This document shows positions 27,457 through 41,280 of a stretch of DNA of 64,000 bases, piece by piece (the stretch's first letter is position 1; each line of letters starts with the position of its first letter). The position numbers and the translations under genes are program-made. The notes below the pieces were generated by a model, which did no database searches, was not told where the DNA came from, and saw only the letters and a list, made by a program, of their open reading frames with translations. This DNA comes from Octopus vulgaris (Eukaryota), in NCBI GenBank assembly GCA_951406725.2, contig OX597832.1:29202001-29266000 (forward strand), written 5' to 3'.

Positions 27457-28079
27457 TATGCATACATATATACACCATTACACACACATACATAGGTGCA
27501 GGTATGGTTGTATGGTAAGAAACTTGGTTCCAAAACATGTGGTGCTGGGTTCAGTCCCACTGTGTGGTGACTTGGCATGTGTCTTCTGCTATAGCCTCAG
27601 ACCAACCAAAGCCTTGTGAGTTGATCTCTTTTTATTATCACTGGGTCACACACATAGTACCCAGATGGTAACATTGATTTCAGGGCCTTCCCAGATGAGT
27701 GACTGGTTATTCAAAGACATGTATAGATTGTAAATTTATTCTGTCCAGTTACATATCGGTATAGTGGTCATTCGCAAAATCCCGAGGTGACACTTTCATT
27801 TCTCCTTAGCCCTCACATCACACAGTTGTTAATGTTTCAGTTGGGTCACACCCTTCCAATTGCTATAGATCTGTAATGCATCTTAAGGCTGTGCCTGTCA
27901 CCTGGATGGTGAGGAATCCTACAGTGGGAGTGATAACAACTAGGGTAGGGTAGCTGACTGCTTATTGTGATCATTCGTCTTTTGATTTCCAGTTTCCAGT
28001 AGCTTTGCTCTCTTTTACAAACCCAGTGAACATACATATATTTCCTATTTCAAAGAAATTCAAACAATAGATATAAGTC

Positions 28080-28438
28080 CCAAGTTAAAAACATTCTCAA
28101 CAATTCAACTTCTCTGGTTGACATTAAGACACCCACCCCCAATAGGAGCCTTAACTCCCACATTTTAGAGCTCCATAACCTCCATTTTTCAGGAGCAAAA
28201 TCCTTTTAACAGGCTCCATAAGACTGGAATTTTGGAATCTGCACATAAAAATCAGTAGTATGGGATACATATGTCATGATTAGAATTATTTTAGGGTGTG
28301 TAAATAGGGAAAGAACCCTCATCTGCAATTTTTATGAAATTCGGATCATAGGTGTTCCATTTCATTAGAGAAAATGTAACAGAAAAGTCTAATTCTTTAA
28401 TTGCATGTAACACAGGCAACGCCAGGTATCTCTGCTAG
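28080..28438 (+). mobile_element. Helitron-like 3' end
   Basis: Degenerate hairpin caggcaacgccagg followed by CTAG|T at 28435-39. The left boundary is approximate. Confidence 0.55.
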
Positions 28439-28477
<39 letters not shown>

Positions 28478-28676
28478 ATGTATATATAATATATATATCT
28501 ATATATATAATATATATACCGGAGTAAACACATAAATGTGAAACAAGGTGGGTAAAAGAGTACTCAAATACCAGTGGTAGAGTAATATGCTTTATTTAAA
28601 TAAAGTATATAATATATATATATATATATATCTATGTATATATATATATATATATCTACGTATATATATATTTATA

Positions 28677-28715
<39 letters not shown>

Positions 28716-31527
28716 ATATATATATATATATACACACAAAGCAAGCTGCTCATTACTTCCTTGCAAAAAAATGAACGCAAAACTTCAAAATTATAACAAC
28801 ACAACAAACAGTCTTGAAAATAATCTTCATAAAATGTTGCTGCTTCTCTTGATTCCCATCTTGTGTGAGACAGAGAGAGAGAGAGAGAGAGAGAGTGAAT
28901 ACATGGAAATGGTTCCTGGCTGACATCTTATTTAAGAAACAGAATGGTCCCTTGTCCAGCGTTGTTGTTTAACCCCAGGTCAACCGTGGTTGAACAGGTC
29001 CTTTTGACAAAGAATTTTCTTTTTATGACTGACAGTAAGTGGTTTGAGGGAGATTTGGCTGTAGTTCCTCCTTTAAATTATCTCCCCCTTGTTGCCACAA
29101 ATTACCACCAGGTTTTTTTTTCTATTTTCATTTTCTCCATCAAATTTAAAAGTAAAATTTCAATAAATTAGAACAATTTTGCTGTCATCATTATTTGAGA
29201 TGAGGGTTGGGGAACTGGTGGGAAGCAGGATCAGGCCCATAGTGGAGAGAGAGAGAGAAAGGGTGTGATGGGGTGAGGTTAGAGAGTGAGATAGAGATCT
29301 GGTCTGTAGTAAGAAGATAGTTGGGGTCCTAGTAGTTGTAGGATTAGCAAATGGTAGTAGTAATAGTCTACTACTACTACTACTACTACTACTACTAGTA
29401 GTAGTAGTAGTAGTAGTGGTGGTATTGGTAGTATTTGTAGTAAGGGCTGTATAATAAGAGTGTCTGGTTGGTGTTGGTAGTGGTGGCAGTGGTTGTTTAA
29501 ATTGGCAAGTTGTAAAGGCAGCAAGGTGTGGGATGTTGTATAAAATTGACAGGAGGACATTGTTTGGGGCGGAGGGCGGGGAGTGGGAGGTGGGGAGGGA
29601 GGCACGGTTCTTCCTTTTTCCTTTTTCTTTTTTTTTACCCAGAATGCTTTTATGAATTATTTAAGGCTGTCCCTTCATCATCATCATCATCATCGTCGTT
29701 GTTGTCATCATCACTAACACTGGTGCTGATTCCTTTGTGAAGTAACTGCTGTCAACACCATCACCACCACCGCCACCACCCCCTTCTTCGCCACCACCAC
29801 CACCATCGCCACCATCAACCACTTCACAGTCCAGTTTTGAGAAGTCTTCAGCCAAAATCTTTTGTTACAAACAGCTAATGGACTTCAGGTTACCTCACCC
29901 CCTTCTCCCCACTTCATGATTGAATGATGGTTAATGGAGGTGGGTAGAGGTAACAGCAATAACGGTGGTGGTGGGTTAAGGTAGTAGTAGGAACTATTAC
30001 TCAACTGTGGTGTTGATGGTGGTGGTGGTGGTGGTGGTTGTTGTTGAGGATGTAGTATAATGGTGGCAGCCATTGATGCCACTGCAGTTGTAACTGTATA
30101 GTCAATGTGTGTGTGTGTGTGGTTGTAGATACAGTGTGGTGGCAATGGGGGTGGTGTCAGTTATTGTAGTATCAGCAGTGGTGGTGGTGGTGGTGGTGGT
30201 TGTGGTGGCTCTGCTGGTGGTGTGGACACAATGGAGATTTTCTGTCTGTGAAAGGACTTTTTTTTTTGTATTTATAAAATAAAATAAAATGGAAGGGAAG
30301 AGAAAAAAAAAGTCCTCCATAGAGGGGAGGAGTCGTGACAGGATGGTGGGGGTGGGGTGATCGGGGTGGAGGGATTACTGGGTGGGTGGGAGGTGGTGGG
30401 GTGAATGTGGGAAGGAGGGGGGTAGAAATGGTTCTACAGTGTCTTGGTTTTTTAACCTCACCTTTTTCTTGCATCATCGACACACACACACACACACACA
30501 CACACATGGCCAGCTCACACACATGCATCCACACACCCACTTTAGCACACACATACACACACACACACACACTTCAATACAATACACACATGCATATTCA
30601 CACACTATTTTAACACATACCCACCCACTTCACTATTCGTACACACACACACACACACACACACACCTGCTGTAAATTTTGTCCAATATGTCAAATTTCC
30701 TCACCATTCAAGTAAAACAACAAACTTGTCACATGGTGGTGGTGGTGGAGATTGGGGTGTTACTCTTGTCATGTTGCTCTTACTCCACTTCCTTATATGT
30801 AGTAGTAGTAGTAGTAGTATAATCAGATAAATTAGAATCAGAAGAGACTGGTAGTAGTAGTGGTCCTTTATTTCTTTGGCGAGACTTGTATTGCTTAAAA
30901 AACAAAAAAAAAATATCAACAGAAGTGCAAGAAGAGCACACATAGGTGGGGGGAGGCGTGGATGTGTGATAACAAGTTTCCTTCCCAGTCCCAGCCACAT
31001 GGTTCCGTGTTCAGTCTCACTGCGTGGCACCTTGAGCAAGTATTTTCTGCTATGTAGCTTTGCGTCAACCAAAGCTTTAGGGGTTGATTTGGTAGAAGCC
31101 GAAAGAAGCCCATATATATATATGTATAGTGTGCTTTGGTTATCCATCTGAACATCAACATCGATCGCTGACACTATCGGCCGATCTGTCCAGGTTCGGC
31201 ATCCCTACACTCACACACTATCAATGGTGTTGCTGTTCCCGTTGCCTCCTGCACGGTTGAACGCACCCATCCATATTTAAGAATTGGGTTTATTACAGGT
31301 ACGACCTGGCTTCTCTGTCACGCTAGTGTAGATGAAGATGATGATGATGATAATGTACTTGTATTTTTATATAAGTTTTTAAAGCTTATCACGATCACCA
31401 TGCAATGACTAAGGGAAATAGTGTAATAAAGGGGGCATATAAGTCCTTGACAGAAAAAAGGTTTTCCTATTTGCGTAGGAGTCGAAGCCACATCCCTTTG
31501 TTAACACGACTGTGTTCACACCGAAAT

Positions 31528-31567
<40 letters not shown>

Positions 31568-31931
31568 GTTGAAATGTATAGAAAAACAAAAGACCACGAC
31601 TGGTGCATGAATAACAAGCAACTGTATTAGTTCAACGCTCGGGAAAAATGAAGTCTTTTACATTCCGAGCCTACGCTCTTCAAAAGAAAGGAATACGAGA
31701 AAATAGACGGAGAGAGAATGAAAAAAAAAACCTGTAGATTTAACAGTCCAGCATGGCGAATCATATCTATATATATAGATATCGTGTGTAGTGTGTGTGT
31801 GTGTATGTATATATATTTCGATGGGTGAATGAATTATCCTTTGGAATAAAACCATGTTGTCTTTGAAACATGTGTCGAAAGTAAAGGAATTTTATTAACA
31901 TCTTCGTTCAACTCCATTTATTTATTTATTC

Positions 31932-31968
<37 letters not shown>

Positions 31969-32335
31969 TGTACCTATGTGCTTGTGTCTGTGTTTGTCCC
32001 CCACCACTATTTGACGACTAGTGTTGGTGTGTTTACATCACTGTAACTTGCTGGTTCAACAAAAGAGTGATAGAATAAGTAACAGGTTTTAAAAGAATAA
32101 GTCCTGGGGTTGAGACTAAAATTCTTGTAGGTGGTGCTCCAGCGTGGCCACAGAGACAAATGACTGAAACAAATAAAAGATAAGTGAAATTGCTGTAGGA
32201 ATTGAAATGTTTTTGGATGAGAGTCCTTTCATCAGGGAAGAGATGACTGGAGAGACCACAAGAGGTTTTACATCTTGTATGGTTGAGAAACTGGCTGCAA
32301 CTGATGAGGAACACAAGACAATATGTAGTAGACAT

Positions 32336-32731
32336 ATTGTTTCAGCCATTTTGACTGCGGCCATGCTGGAGCACCACCTTTAATCGAGCAACTCGACCCC
32401 GGGACTTAATCTTTTGTAAGCCCAGAACTTATTCTATCGGTCTCTTTTTGCCGAACCGCTAAGTGATGGGGACATAAACACACCAGCATCGGTTGTCAAG
32501 CAATGCTAGGGGGACAAACACAGACACACAAACATGCACGCACATACATATATATATATACATATATACGACAGGCTTCTTTCAGTTTCCGTCTACCAAA
32601 TCCTCTCACAAGGCTTTGGTCAGCCCGAGACTATAGTAGAAGACACTTGCCCAAGGTGCCACGCAGTGGGACTGAACCCGGAACCATGTGGTTGGTAAAC
32701 AAGCTACCTACCACACAGCCACTCCTGCGCC
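32336..32731 (-). mobile_element. SINE family B, full-length copy
   Basis: Reverse complement of 9939-10329. Confidence 0.9.
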
Positions 32732-34048
32732 TATTGATGAAATTAATTATTCAATGCAGTTAATTAATGAATATAGTCAGTCATCAGCATTTCTTTTACA
32801 TCATTCCAGATGATAAATGTACTTCCTTTGGTTGAATAGGAAGTGGATAGTCCCAGGAGCCAAGGTTTTATCCAGCTATGCTCTTCTTAGAAAAGTTGGA
32901 GGACCATATTGCTCTTTGGTTTTTCCAAATTACTCTGTAATATTCTTTAGGGAAGGGGTAGTTGATTACATTGACACCAGTAAATAATTGGTATTTATTT
33001 CATTGACCCCCAAAAGGATGAAAGGCAAAGTTGACCCTGGCAGCATTTGAACCCAGAACGTAAAGACAGACGAAATACTGATAGGCAATTTCACCCAGTG
33101 TGCTAACGATTCTGACACCTCGCCGCCTTAATAATAATAATAATAATAATAATGATGATGATGGTTTCAAATTTTGGCACAACGCCAGCACGTTCAGGGA
33201 TGGAGTAAAGTCGATTGTATTGACCCCAGTATGCAACTGGTACTTAATTTATCCACCCCGAAAGGATGAAAGGCAAAGTCGATTTCGGCGGAATTCAAAC
33301 TCAGAACGTAAAGACAGGCGAAATTCCACCTGGGTCCAGCATAATAAGGATTTCAAGGGTCCACAGATGGTAAACGGTGCCCACAAAACAAGGGGGAAGG
33401 GTCGGTGGTGGGATTACATGGAGTTTGGGATACGGGAGACATTAGCAGATTGTTAGGGGATAAAGCAATATGTGTTATAATAGACAGAAGAGGCATAAAT
33501 TCACACTGAAAGACCCCCTTTTTTTTATAGCTTACTAATAGTGAATTAATATCTTCTGACTGGGGGGCGGGGGGGATACCACCACCACTTCACTTTGTCC
33601 CTTTTTCTTAGTAGCTCTGTTACTACTATTGTCCCCTACTATTTTACTACTACTACTACTACTGCTGCTGCTGTAACATTGATTATATTATATATATATA
33701 TTCTTCTCCTCCTCCCGCTAATTCTAGTCTGGTCTGCAACCTCTGCTGTCCCCTATTACAGTTACAGTTGTAGAATAGGGAGTTGGGGGTGGGGTGGATA
33801 GACATAAGTATCATCATCATCACAAGGGACCCTGTTGTGAATTGGGTCAAAGTTCAACATTGAACTTTCCACCTTCCTCAGATTGTTTGTTGCTTTGTCA
33901 CCACCCACCACCCACCCCTCCTTTCTCTTGCTCTCTCTCTCTCTCTCCTTTTCTCTTCTCATGCTCTTCTTTTTGCTTTCTTTTCCTTCACACTTCACCC
34001 TTCTATCAAACTAATAACTAACTACATTGAAACATAATATCTGTCTGT

Positions 34049-34086
<38 letters not shown>

Positions 34087-34188
34087 GTATATATGAGTTA
34101 ATCCATACAAGAAAGCACAAAAAAAAACACAACAACGCGAGGACATGGAACAAATATAGTATTATTGGACGCGAAGGAAAGAAGGAGG

Positions 34189-34223
34189 GTTTAACGTTTC
34201 GAGCGGAGCTCTTCGTCGGAAAC
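34189..34223 (-). ncRNA. Minimal hammerhead-like motif (U4C variant) in Penelope-type repeat
   Basis: guuu CCGACGA a gagc ucc gcuc GAAAC GUU aaac. It sits in a repeat of about 190 bp (34095-34290); other copies at 26693-26890 (G12A) and 4100-4175 (partial). Confidence 0.6.
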
Positions 34224-34954
34224 ATAGGAGAAGGAAAGATCCAGAGAAGGGTAGACGGAGGAAAAAAATTGCCAACAGTGCACATGAGGTCACATTTTGA
34301 AAGACTGATATATATACATACTGATAAAAATGGTAAGACAATAAAAGAATGAGAGAGACCTCGATATTATGTAAATAGAGGAATTTATCTGTAAATGTAA
34401 TACGTGACAATTATTCGATAGCCAAGATGAAACTCCGAGTTTCGGATGTCGGGGCGGAAACCCACGCCGCCATCTCTTCAGTTATCCGGCCATCGGAAAA
34501 ATACTATTTTTCATAGTATAATTGTCACACATTACATTTACAGATACACACACACACACACACATAACATATTTTTCCTTTAATGAAGTAAATTTGCCTT
34601 ACAGCTGTTTCCAGTAATCATTATAGGTTTGTTACTGATTGGTTTATTCAATTGGTCTGTTGATCATTTGAGAAAAGAATAAAAAATATATTACACAAAC
34701 ACACACACACACAGTTTCATATTTTAAAGGCAGGAGAACAAAGTTGTGATGTTCATCCATTTACTCATGGGCCATGACCTTATTTTTAATTAATCCGTTA
34801 GTAGGACTTTGTTTTTAATTAACCCTTCCTATTGTGTACTCTTGTCTTTGCTTTGCATTATTTTGTTCACACACACACACATATATATATTGTAAGTTTT
34901 CCAATATCTGAGTAGATGTTGTTTTCTTATTGCATCTTGTTTTACCTGTTTCAG

Positions 34955-35116
34955 GTGATGCTGGCCAGTTGTGCTCGTCAGGAGGACTTACCTGCTGTAC
35001 AAAGGGAATGGAGAGTCAGCTGGTGGAGCTGAGTGCCAAAGAATACCAAACACTCCAGCACAAAGCAATCGAGCCGCTTCGGTCTTTATTCACATCGAGA
35101 ACAAATAAATTTGATG
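34955..35116 (+). CDS. GPC6: Glypican (GPC4/6, dally-like subfamily) internal coding exon, equivalent to vertebrate exon 2
   Basis: Pyrimidine-rich acceptor tttacctgtttcAG (AG 34953-54) and donor GTGAGT at 35117. The 162-nt phase 1-1 exon encodes (G)DAGQLCSSGGLTCCTKGMESQLVELSAKEYQTLQHKAIEPLRSLFTSRTNKFD, matching the glypican C..TCCT..ME...SR..KFD signature. The symbol denotes the closest subfamily, not proven orthology. Confidence 0.93.
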
Positions 35117-35634
35117 GTGAGTAGCCGCCTTTGTTTTTTCGTTTGGGGCTCTTGGTCCCCCTGTGTCGTCTGATGGAACCCGGACAATGTTTGGAAATAG
35201 AAAAACTCATTAAAAAAACCCTCAGACTTTATTTTTCTAATTCATCTTTAAACTGATAAGTTTCCATCAATTCCACAAGAAAGAAAAAGCTTACTTTCAG
35301 AACCGATTCCAATGCATATTTGGACGATTTTCTGATAACCATTAATGCACAATCTGCAAGCTGCTGACTTCACACACATCATCAGCGTCGTCATCATCGT
35401 TTAACGCCCGTTTTCCATGCTAGCATGGGTTGGACAGTTCGACCAGGGTCTGGGAAGCCAAGAAGCTGCACCAGGCTCCTGTCTGATCTTGCAGAGTTTC
35501 TACAGCTGGATGCCCTTCCTAACGCCAACCACTCCCTGAGTGTAGTGGGTGCTTTTTACGTGCCACCGGCACAGGGTCTAGAGGAGGCTGGCAACAGCCA
35601 AAATCAGATGGTGCTTTTTACGTTCCAAGTGGAA

Positions 35635-35877
35635 TGTTTTTTTTTTGCTTTACTACCCACAAGGGGCTAAACACAGAGAGGACAAACAAGGACAGACAAA
35701 CGGGTTAAGTCGATTATACCGATCCCAGTGCGTAACTGGTACTTAATTTATCGGCGTCGAAAGGATGAAAGGCAAAGTTGACCTCAGCAGAATTTGAACT
35801 CAGAATGTAACAGCAGACGAAATACCGCTAAGCATTTCGCCTGGCATGCTAATGATTCTGCCAGCTCGCCGCCTTAT
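35635..35877 (-). mobile_element. SINE family A, full-length copy
   Basis: Minus strand aaggcggcgagctggcagaatcattagc…ctgagttcaaattc (B box)…ggtagtaaag. Confidence 0.88.
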
Positions 35878-36573
35878 CCACGTGGAATGTTTTGCAGTCA
35901 AACTGGGGTCGATGCCATAAAGACAGGAGGTGAATCTTAGTCAAAATCAGACATATTCAAGTTGTTGTTTTAAGCAATTACTCAAAAGTCATTCTGATGC
36001 ATAGATCTGGTTTTGAAAGTAAGCTCTTCAAATATTATACTCTAAATGGATTTTGGGGTACCATAGAGGGAATATTTGGTGTGTACCTTAATTTAAGGTA
36101 CCATTGGGTGGATGGAATACTTGAATTGTAGCTTGTTTTAAGATTCACGTTTCTTGACCACTACAACCGGTTAAACCTTAGCATAACATTACAGTCTTAA
36201 GGGATGGACGGGATATTGGAGGCCTAGGTTTAAGGGAAGGGATATTCAAAGCTCAGGTTTAAGGGATGGAATTTTGAAAGCCTATGTTTAAGAGGAGGTA
36301 TATTGACTAACAGCAATACCAGTTGTGTACTCGGGTTAATAACAGCTCTATTTTCCGGTTACTTGAACATTGTGAGGGTCAATAAGGTAATTAAATGATG
36401 GATATAGTGTTCAAAGATGATAAAATTTGGGATTTTGTGGAGAGTCAAAATAGGTAACACCAGCAGGACAGTGTAACCAAGAAGAAAGGGCTGCTAAGCC
36501 TAAACGAGATTCTGGTGGCAAACGAGTAAATCAAGGTAGGACTGGAGATGAACAAGGACACAGTTTGCAACAT

Positions 36574-36611
<38 letters not shown>

Positions 36612-37563
36612 ACGTTGCAACCTGTTGGGTGTTGGCCTGAGGTTTTTGTATAAGTCATGGTGATTCAAAGTTTGAGGAATTAAGTAATTTATTAATGTCT
36701 ATAATACTATCCATGTATAAGAAACTCCCATATTTTTTAACCTATTTTTTTGTCAAAAAAGGGTTCCTTATACATGTTAAATACGGTAATTAATATAATT
36801 AATATCTCCAGTAACTGATCGAATTGGTCCCTTGTACAATATCAGTAGCTCCCTCCACTTGAACCCTGAAATATTGCCTCTACTGGGTTGGAATGTCTTG
36901 TGTGGTCTTTGGCAGCTGGAAGAGAGAGAGAGAGAGTGTGTGTGTGTGGGGGTGGGGGTTAGACTCATCCACATTCCCTTAACACCTTCAAATCTCCATG
37001 CACTCTTTAAGTGGTGGGTCCCCACCCCCTCCCAGTCTGGGAATGGTTTTTGATCTCTATTTTAGGAATACCCTGTCTCTATCACCCTCATTTCATCTCA
37101 CCCCCAACCCTCATTCACTCAGAGTCCCTACCCTACAAAATCTACCCTAAATTCCAAAGGTATATATTTATATATATGTAGCCCTTCTCCCTCCTCCAGC
37201 GCTGGGGAAATCAGGTCATCCATCTTAAAACAGCTCCCTAAAATCCATACTGACCTAAATTCCCTCATCCCATCAAAAAAAAAAAAAATAGGGAATTTTC
37301 TATGGGGAACTTCCTTAAACTTGGGTCAAATCATTATTTACCTACTCATCCCTCCTTTATTTAGCTACTCCTCCTCCTCTCTTCTGTAGCTACTCCTCCC
37401 TATCAACTCCTCCTCTCTCTTATTTACCCCTATTATCTCCTCTTTCTCCTCCTCCCATTTAATTCAACATTCCTGATGATTCTCATCACACACACACAGG
37501 TTTGTGATTCATATTTACATAGGTTAAACCAACTGATGCATGCATACACATACAACACACATG

Positions 37564-37605
<42 letters not shown>

Positions 37606-37707
37606 GTGTATAGATAATTTAGAACAAAATGAAATGGAAATAGAACCAAAGGTAATAGAAAGAGAAAACAAAGATATTTTCAGAAAATGGTGTGCAGATT
37701 CCATTAA

Positions 37708-37929
37708 CCCTTTCGTTACCAACCCGGCTGAAACCAGCTCTGGCTCTGTAGTACAAATGTCTTGTTTTTAAAAGTTTTGAATCAAAACCTTCCACCAAAC
37801 TTTAGTCACAATTTATGTTCCCAACACTAGCTTAATGATAACTGAGTTATTTTACTAAATTCTTTGTTATATTTAAAACTAATTGAAAGAAACACAGAGC
37901 ATCTCAAAATAAATATGGTAACGAAAGGG
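37708..37929 (+). mobile_element. piggyBac-type MITE (222 bp)
   Basis: TTAA|CCCTTTCGTTACCA…TGGTAACGAAAGGG|TTAA: 14-bp TIR with TTAA duplication. Confidence 0.85.
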
Positions 37930-39211
37930 TTAAATATCATAAAGAACTGGTTATTAATAGAACTGCCCTCAATGATGGCCTCACCAGTGGACACAACTGT
38001 GACTGCATGCTAAATGTGTCCTGTTACCCAACACATCCTCAAATAGTCTTTGGTATTGTAAGGTTGTTCTCTTTCTTGACACAGCCCCAGCTGTAGCAGT
38101 CCAAAGAGTAAAAAACAGGAGAGGTGGGGTGGGGTTTGGGGGCACATGTTGGCAGTGACATGATTGCAGACAATTTCTTGACCAACCATTTCTGGATCAC
38201 GAGAAACATGGGTGGGAAGAAGGAGATTGTGCTGAAACACAACCAGCTACCCCTGGGCCACCCTTTGATTCAGTTGCCTCTCTTAGACTACACCCTTGAT
38301 TCAGGGTCCTCCATTTGGTCACCTTGATCAAGGGCTTGACCATCGAAACCAGCACTGATGTAGTCAGCAGACAAATTGATCCTGAGGCCCTACTGGAAGA
38401 TGTGAGGTACCATGACACAAGACTCGATCTCTAAGATCAACAAAGATGACGGTAGACTGGTCGTGTCCTTTTGGGGTCAGTGCAGAGCAATCTGTCACAT
38501 CTTCATTTTCTGATTTTCTCAGTTCTTACTAAACATAGACAGACATGCATTATCCTTGCATACCAGTTGTATCTGTTCAGCCAAGGAGTTTTGTCTTGTA
38601 AGTTGCTCGATGACCCTGTCAATGCCGGTGTCACATAAAAAGCACCCAGGACATTCTCTGAATTGGTTAGCATTAGGAAGGGCATCCAGCCATAGTAACC
38701 ACACCAAATCAGACGATGGATCCTGGTGCAGTTCTGGCCGTACCTGCTCTGGTCAAACCATCCAACCCATGCCAGCATGGAAAATAGACATTAATTGATG
38801 AAGATTCCCATTCACCACAAATTCAAAAGTAAACTCTACTGCTTTGTTACTCAGTGACAGCCCTCATTGACTTCCCAGGTCACTGATGATGCCCATGACA
38901 TCCTGGATGGGCCCAGATTTCTTATTTTTTTATTGCCTAAGGGGCTAAACATAGAGGGGACAAACAAAGGGATTAAGTCGATTACATCGACCCCAGTGCT
39001 TAACCGGTACTTAATTTATCAACTCCAAAAGGATGAAAGGCAAAGCTGACCTGGGCGGAATTTAAACTCAGAACATAACGGGAGGCGAAATACCGATAAG
39101 TATTTTGCCCTGCGTGCTAACGTTTCTGCCAGCTCGCCAACTCGGGCCCGGGTGTCTTGTTCCTTCCAGTGACCCTCCACCTCTTTCTGCCTCTAAACTT
39201 GAAGCGTTTCA

Positions 39212-39467
39212 AAGCGTTTCTACCTGCGACGATTTCATCTCAATCGAAGGAGAGGAGCTTTCTCCGTCCGGGTTGTGGATCCGTGGAACAAGCTGCCAGA
39301 CGAAATGGTGAAGATGCCGACGACTGCTTTGTTCAAAGCCTCCCTTGACCTCAAGTGGCCTGAACTCTTTACATGAACACCACCCTGTACTTAACTCCAT
39401 GTCCCCCTACATGGCCTTGCTATTTGCTTTTGAGCCAAATTAACTAACTAACTAACTAACTAACTAA
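39212..39467 (+). mobile_element. CR1-clade LINE 3' end
   Basis: KRFYLRRFHLNRRRGAFSVRVVDPWNKLPDEMVKMPTTALFKASLDLKWPELFT* (stop 39374-76), then 3' UTR and a (TAAC)n tail. CR1-type RVV..WN.LP…FK..LD motif. Confidence 0.85.
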
Positions 39468-39764
39468 AGCTGTCAATCACTAAGTGTCTATTATTGGTAA
39501 ATAGGGTTCCAAACAGGATGTCTGTCTTTCTATGCTGGACTGTAGCCCCTACCTTTTTCGATATTGTTGGTGTTTCTCAAATAAGAAAACTGAATCTTGG
39601 TGCATCCTGCATAGCATGACATTAGGTTGCCATTGAAGAAGGATGGCTCACTAAAGTTTACGCTCACAGATAAATGGCATACCTTCAATAGCATAGTATA
39701 CTGTATGTGTGTATGTATGTATGTATGTATGTATGCGTCTATATAATATATTCCTGTATATGCG

Positions 39765-39801
<37 letters not shown>

Positions 39802-40048
39802 ATAAATACGCATATACAGGGATATGTCATTCCCTGCTGTGTGCTATCATCATACACCACCCCCTCTCCTCCCCACCATCTCTCCCAAGTTATGTCTGTT
39901 GTATTCATTACTTGTGTGGCTGGGGTTCCATATATTCCATCAGCCATGGTGAAGATGTGAGGAGACATTTAGCGGGGAGGGGGGGTATTATAAAGGTCAC
40001 AGCAGTTGACCTTTTGGAGGGCAGGAGCAGAGTGGGGTAAAAAGGTTA

Positions 40049-40085
<37 letters not shown>

Positions 40086-40310
40086 GCTAAAAGGCAGCTA
40101 ACTGGCAGAATTGCTACACGCAAAACGTCTGGCTTTATGTTCTACGTTCTGTGTTCAAATTCTACTGGGGTTGCCTGTCGTCCTTTTAGGGGTCATTGAA
40201 ATAAGTACCAGTTGAGCACTGGGGGTCTCTATAATCAATTTATCCTCACACTTGCAATTGCTGGCCTTGTCCCAAAATTTGAAACCGTCCTCTTCTTCCT
40301 TTTTATTATT

Positions 40311-40673
40311 ATTACTTCTGCCTTAGCAAAGGCGGAGGTATTGTTTTCAGTTAAGTTTGATTGTCTGTGGACAAGATATCTCAAGAAACGCTGGATGGAT
40401 TTGATTGAAACTTTCAGGGATGTTGTTACTTGTGACTGGTATGAACTGATTAAATTTTGGGATCACTTCGGTACTGGACAAGGATTCTGGATTATTTTTC
40501 CTGTTTTTTTGTTTACTTAAATTTTTGAGAGCATTTCATTTACAGTATTCTCGTTTGTGAGAGCAGTCAAGTCTATTTCAGATATTCTCATTTCAAAAAT
40601 CTTCTCCGACTAATCATTGAGAGGACGTTGGCATTGACTTGGTGGCGGTTGGTGCTCTCTGAGTGCTCTTGTT
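40311..40673 (+). mobile_element. Helentron-associated (HINE-like) non-autonomous element
   Basis: Starts attacttctgccttagcaaaggcggagg (hairpin/subTIR) and ends cttggtggcgg…gctctctgagtgctcttgtt, the layout of acctccgcc…ggcggagg HINEs. Confidence 0.45.
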
Positions 40674-40836
40674 GTTGTTATTATTGCTAATAATTTGGAA
40701 AAATTGACTGGACCCTTAAAATGAGAACATTGCAATTCATTTGTGACTGACAGAGAGAGAGGAAGAGGAGATCAAACACCTTTATCATCATCATCATCAT
40801 CAACAATCATCACCATCTTGCATGCGCACACTCACA

Positions 40837-40867
<31 letters not shown>

Positions 40868-41099
40868 CAATCAATAAAATAGCCCGTATGTGGTTATTTG
40901 GCCTACAAGAAATAGGAGTCAAATCTCTTCCCAATCAAATGTAGAAAACAAGAAAATGACAATTTCTTGTAGTATGAGCTATGACAGGATGGCCGCGGTT
41001 GGATTGTCTCTAACCATAGATCATTTGGAATACGGCTCCCCTGACCCCAAAACAACTATACTATCTACTCTACATGAAACCCTCCTTGTGGTGGTCATC

Positions 41100-41280
41100 A
41101 TGTCTGTTAGAAACAACAGCTTAATCTCCTTCACATCACACCTTGGATGAGGTTCTGGCTTCTCACTACAGACAGGATGGTCACGACTGGATGGTCACAA
41201 AACAGACAGGATAGTCACGACTGGAACGTGTTTGATCATAGTAGTGCTAACCTGGGGTTAAACAGCCAGAGCAACAATGT
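41100..41280 (+). repeat. Interspersed repeat family G (3' part ending ggggctaaacaac)
   Basis: Similar segments at 12210-12395, 45240-45325, 51735-51810 (+) and 28970-29065 (-). Confidence 0.55.

Noticed and set aside
34930-34954. TTG start of ORF 34930-35124
   Set aside because: This is the intronic polypyrimidine tract; the exon starts after AG at 34954.
36190-36300. Degenerate 29-30 bp repeats (gtttaaggga…), also a 14-bp duplication at 44685-44716 and a 30-bp duplication at 22490-22550
   Set aside because: Only two to four decayed units; ordinary slippage products.
38180-38490. Coding-looking complex sequence; also 2900-3190, 21100-21480, 31160-31340, 45760-46050
   Set aside because: No recognisable domain in any frame I translated and no convincing splice pair. 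Probably old TE debris; BLASTx is needed.
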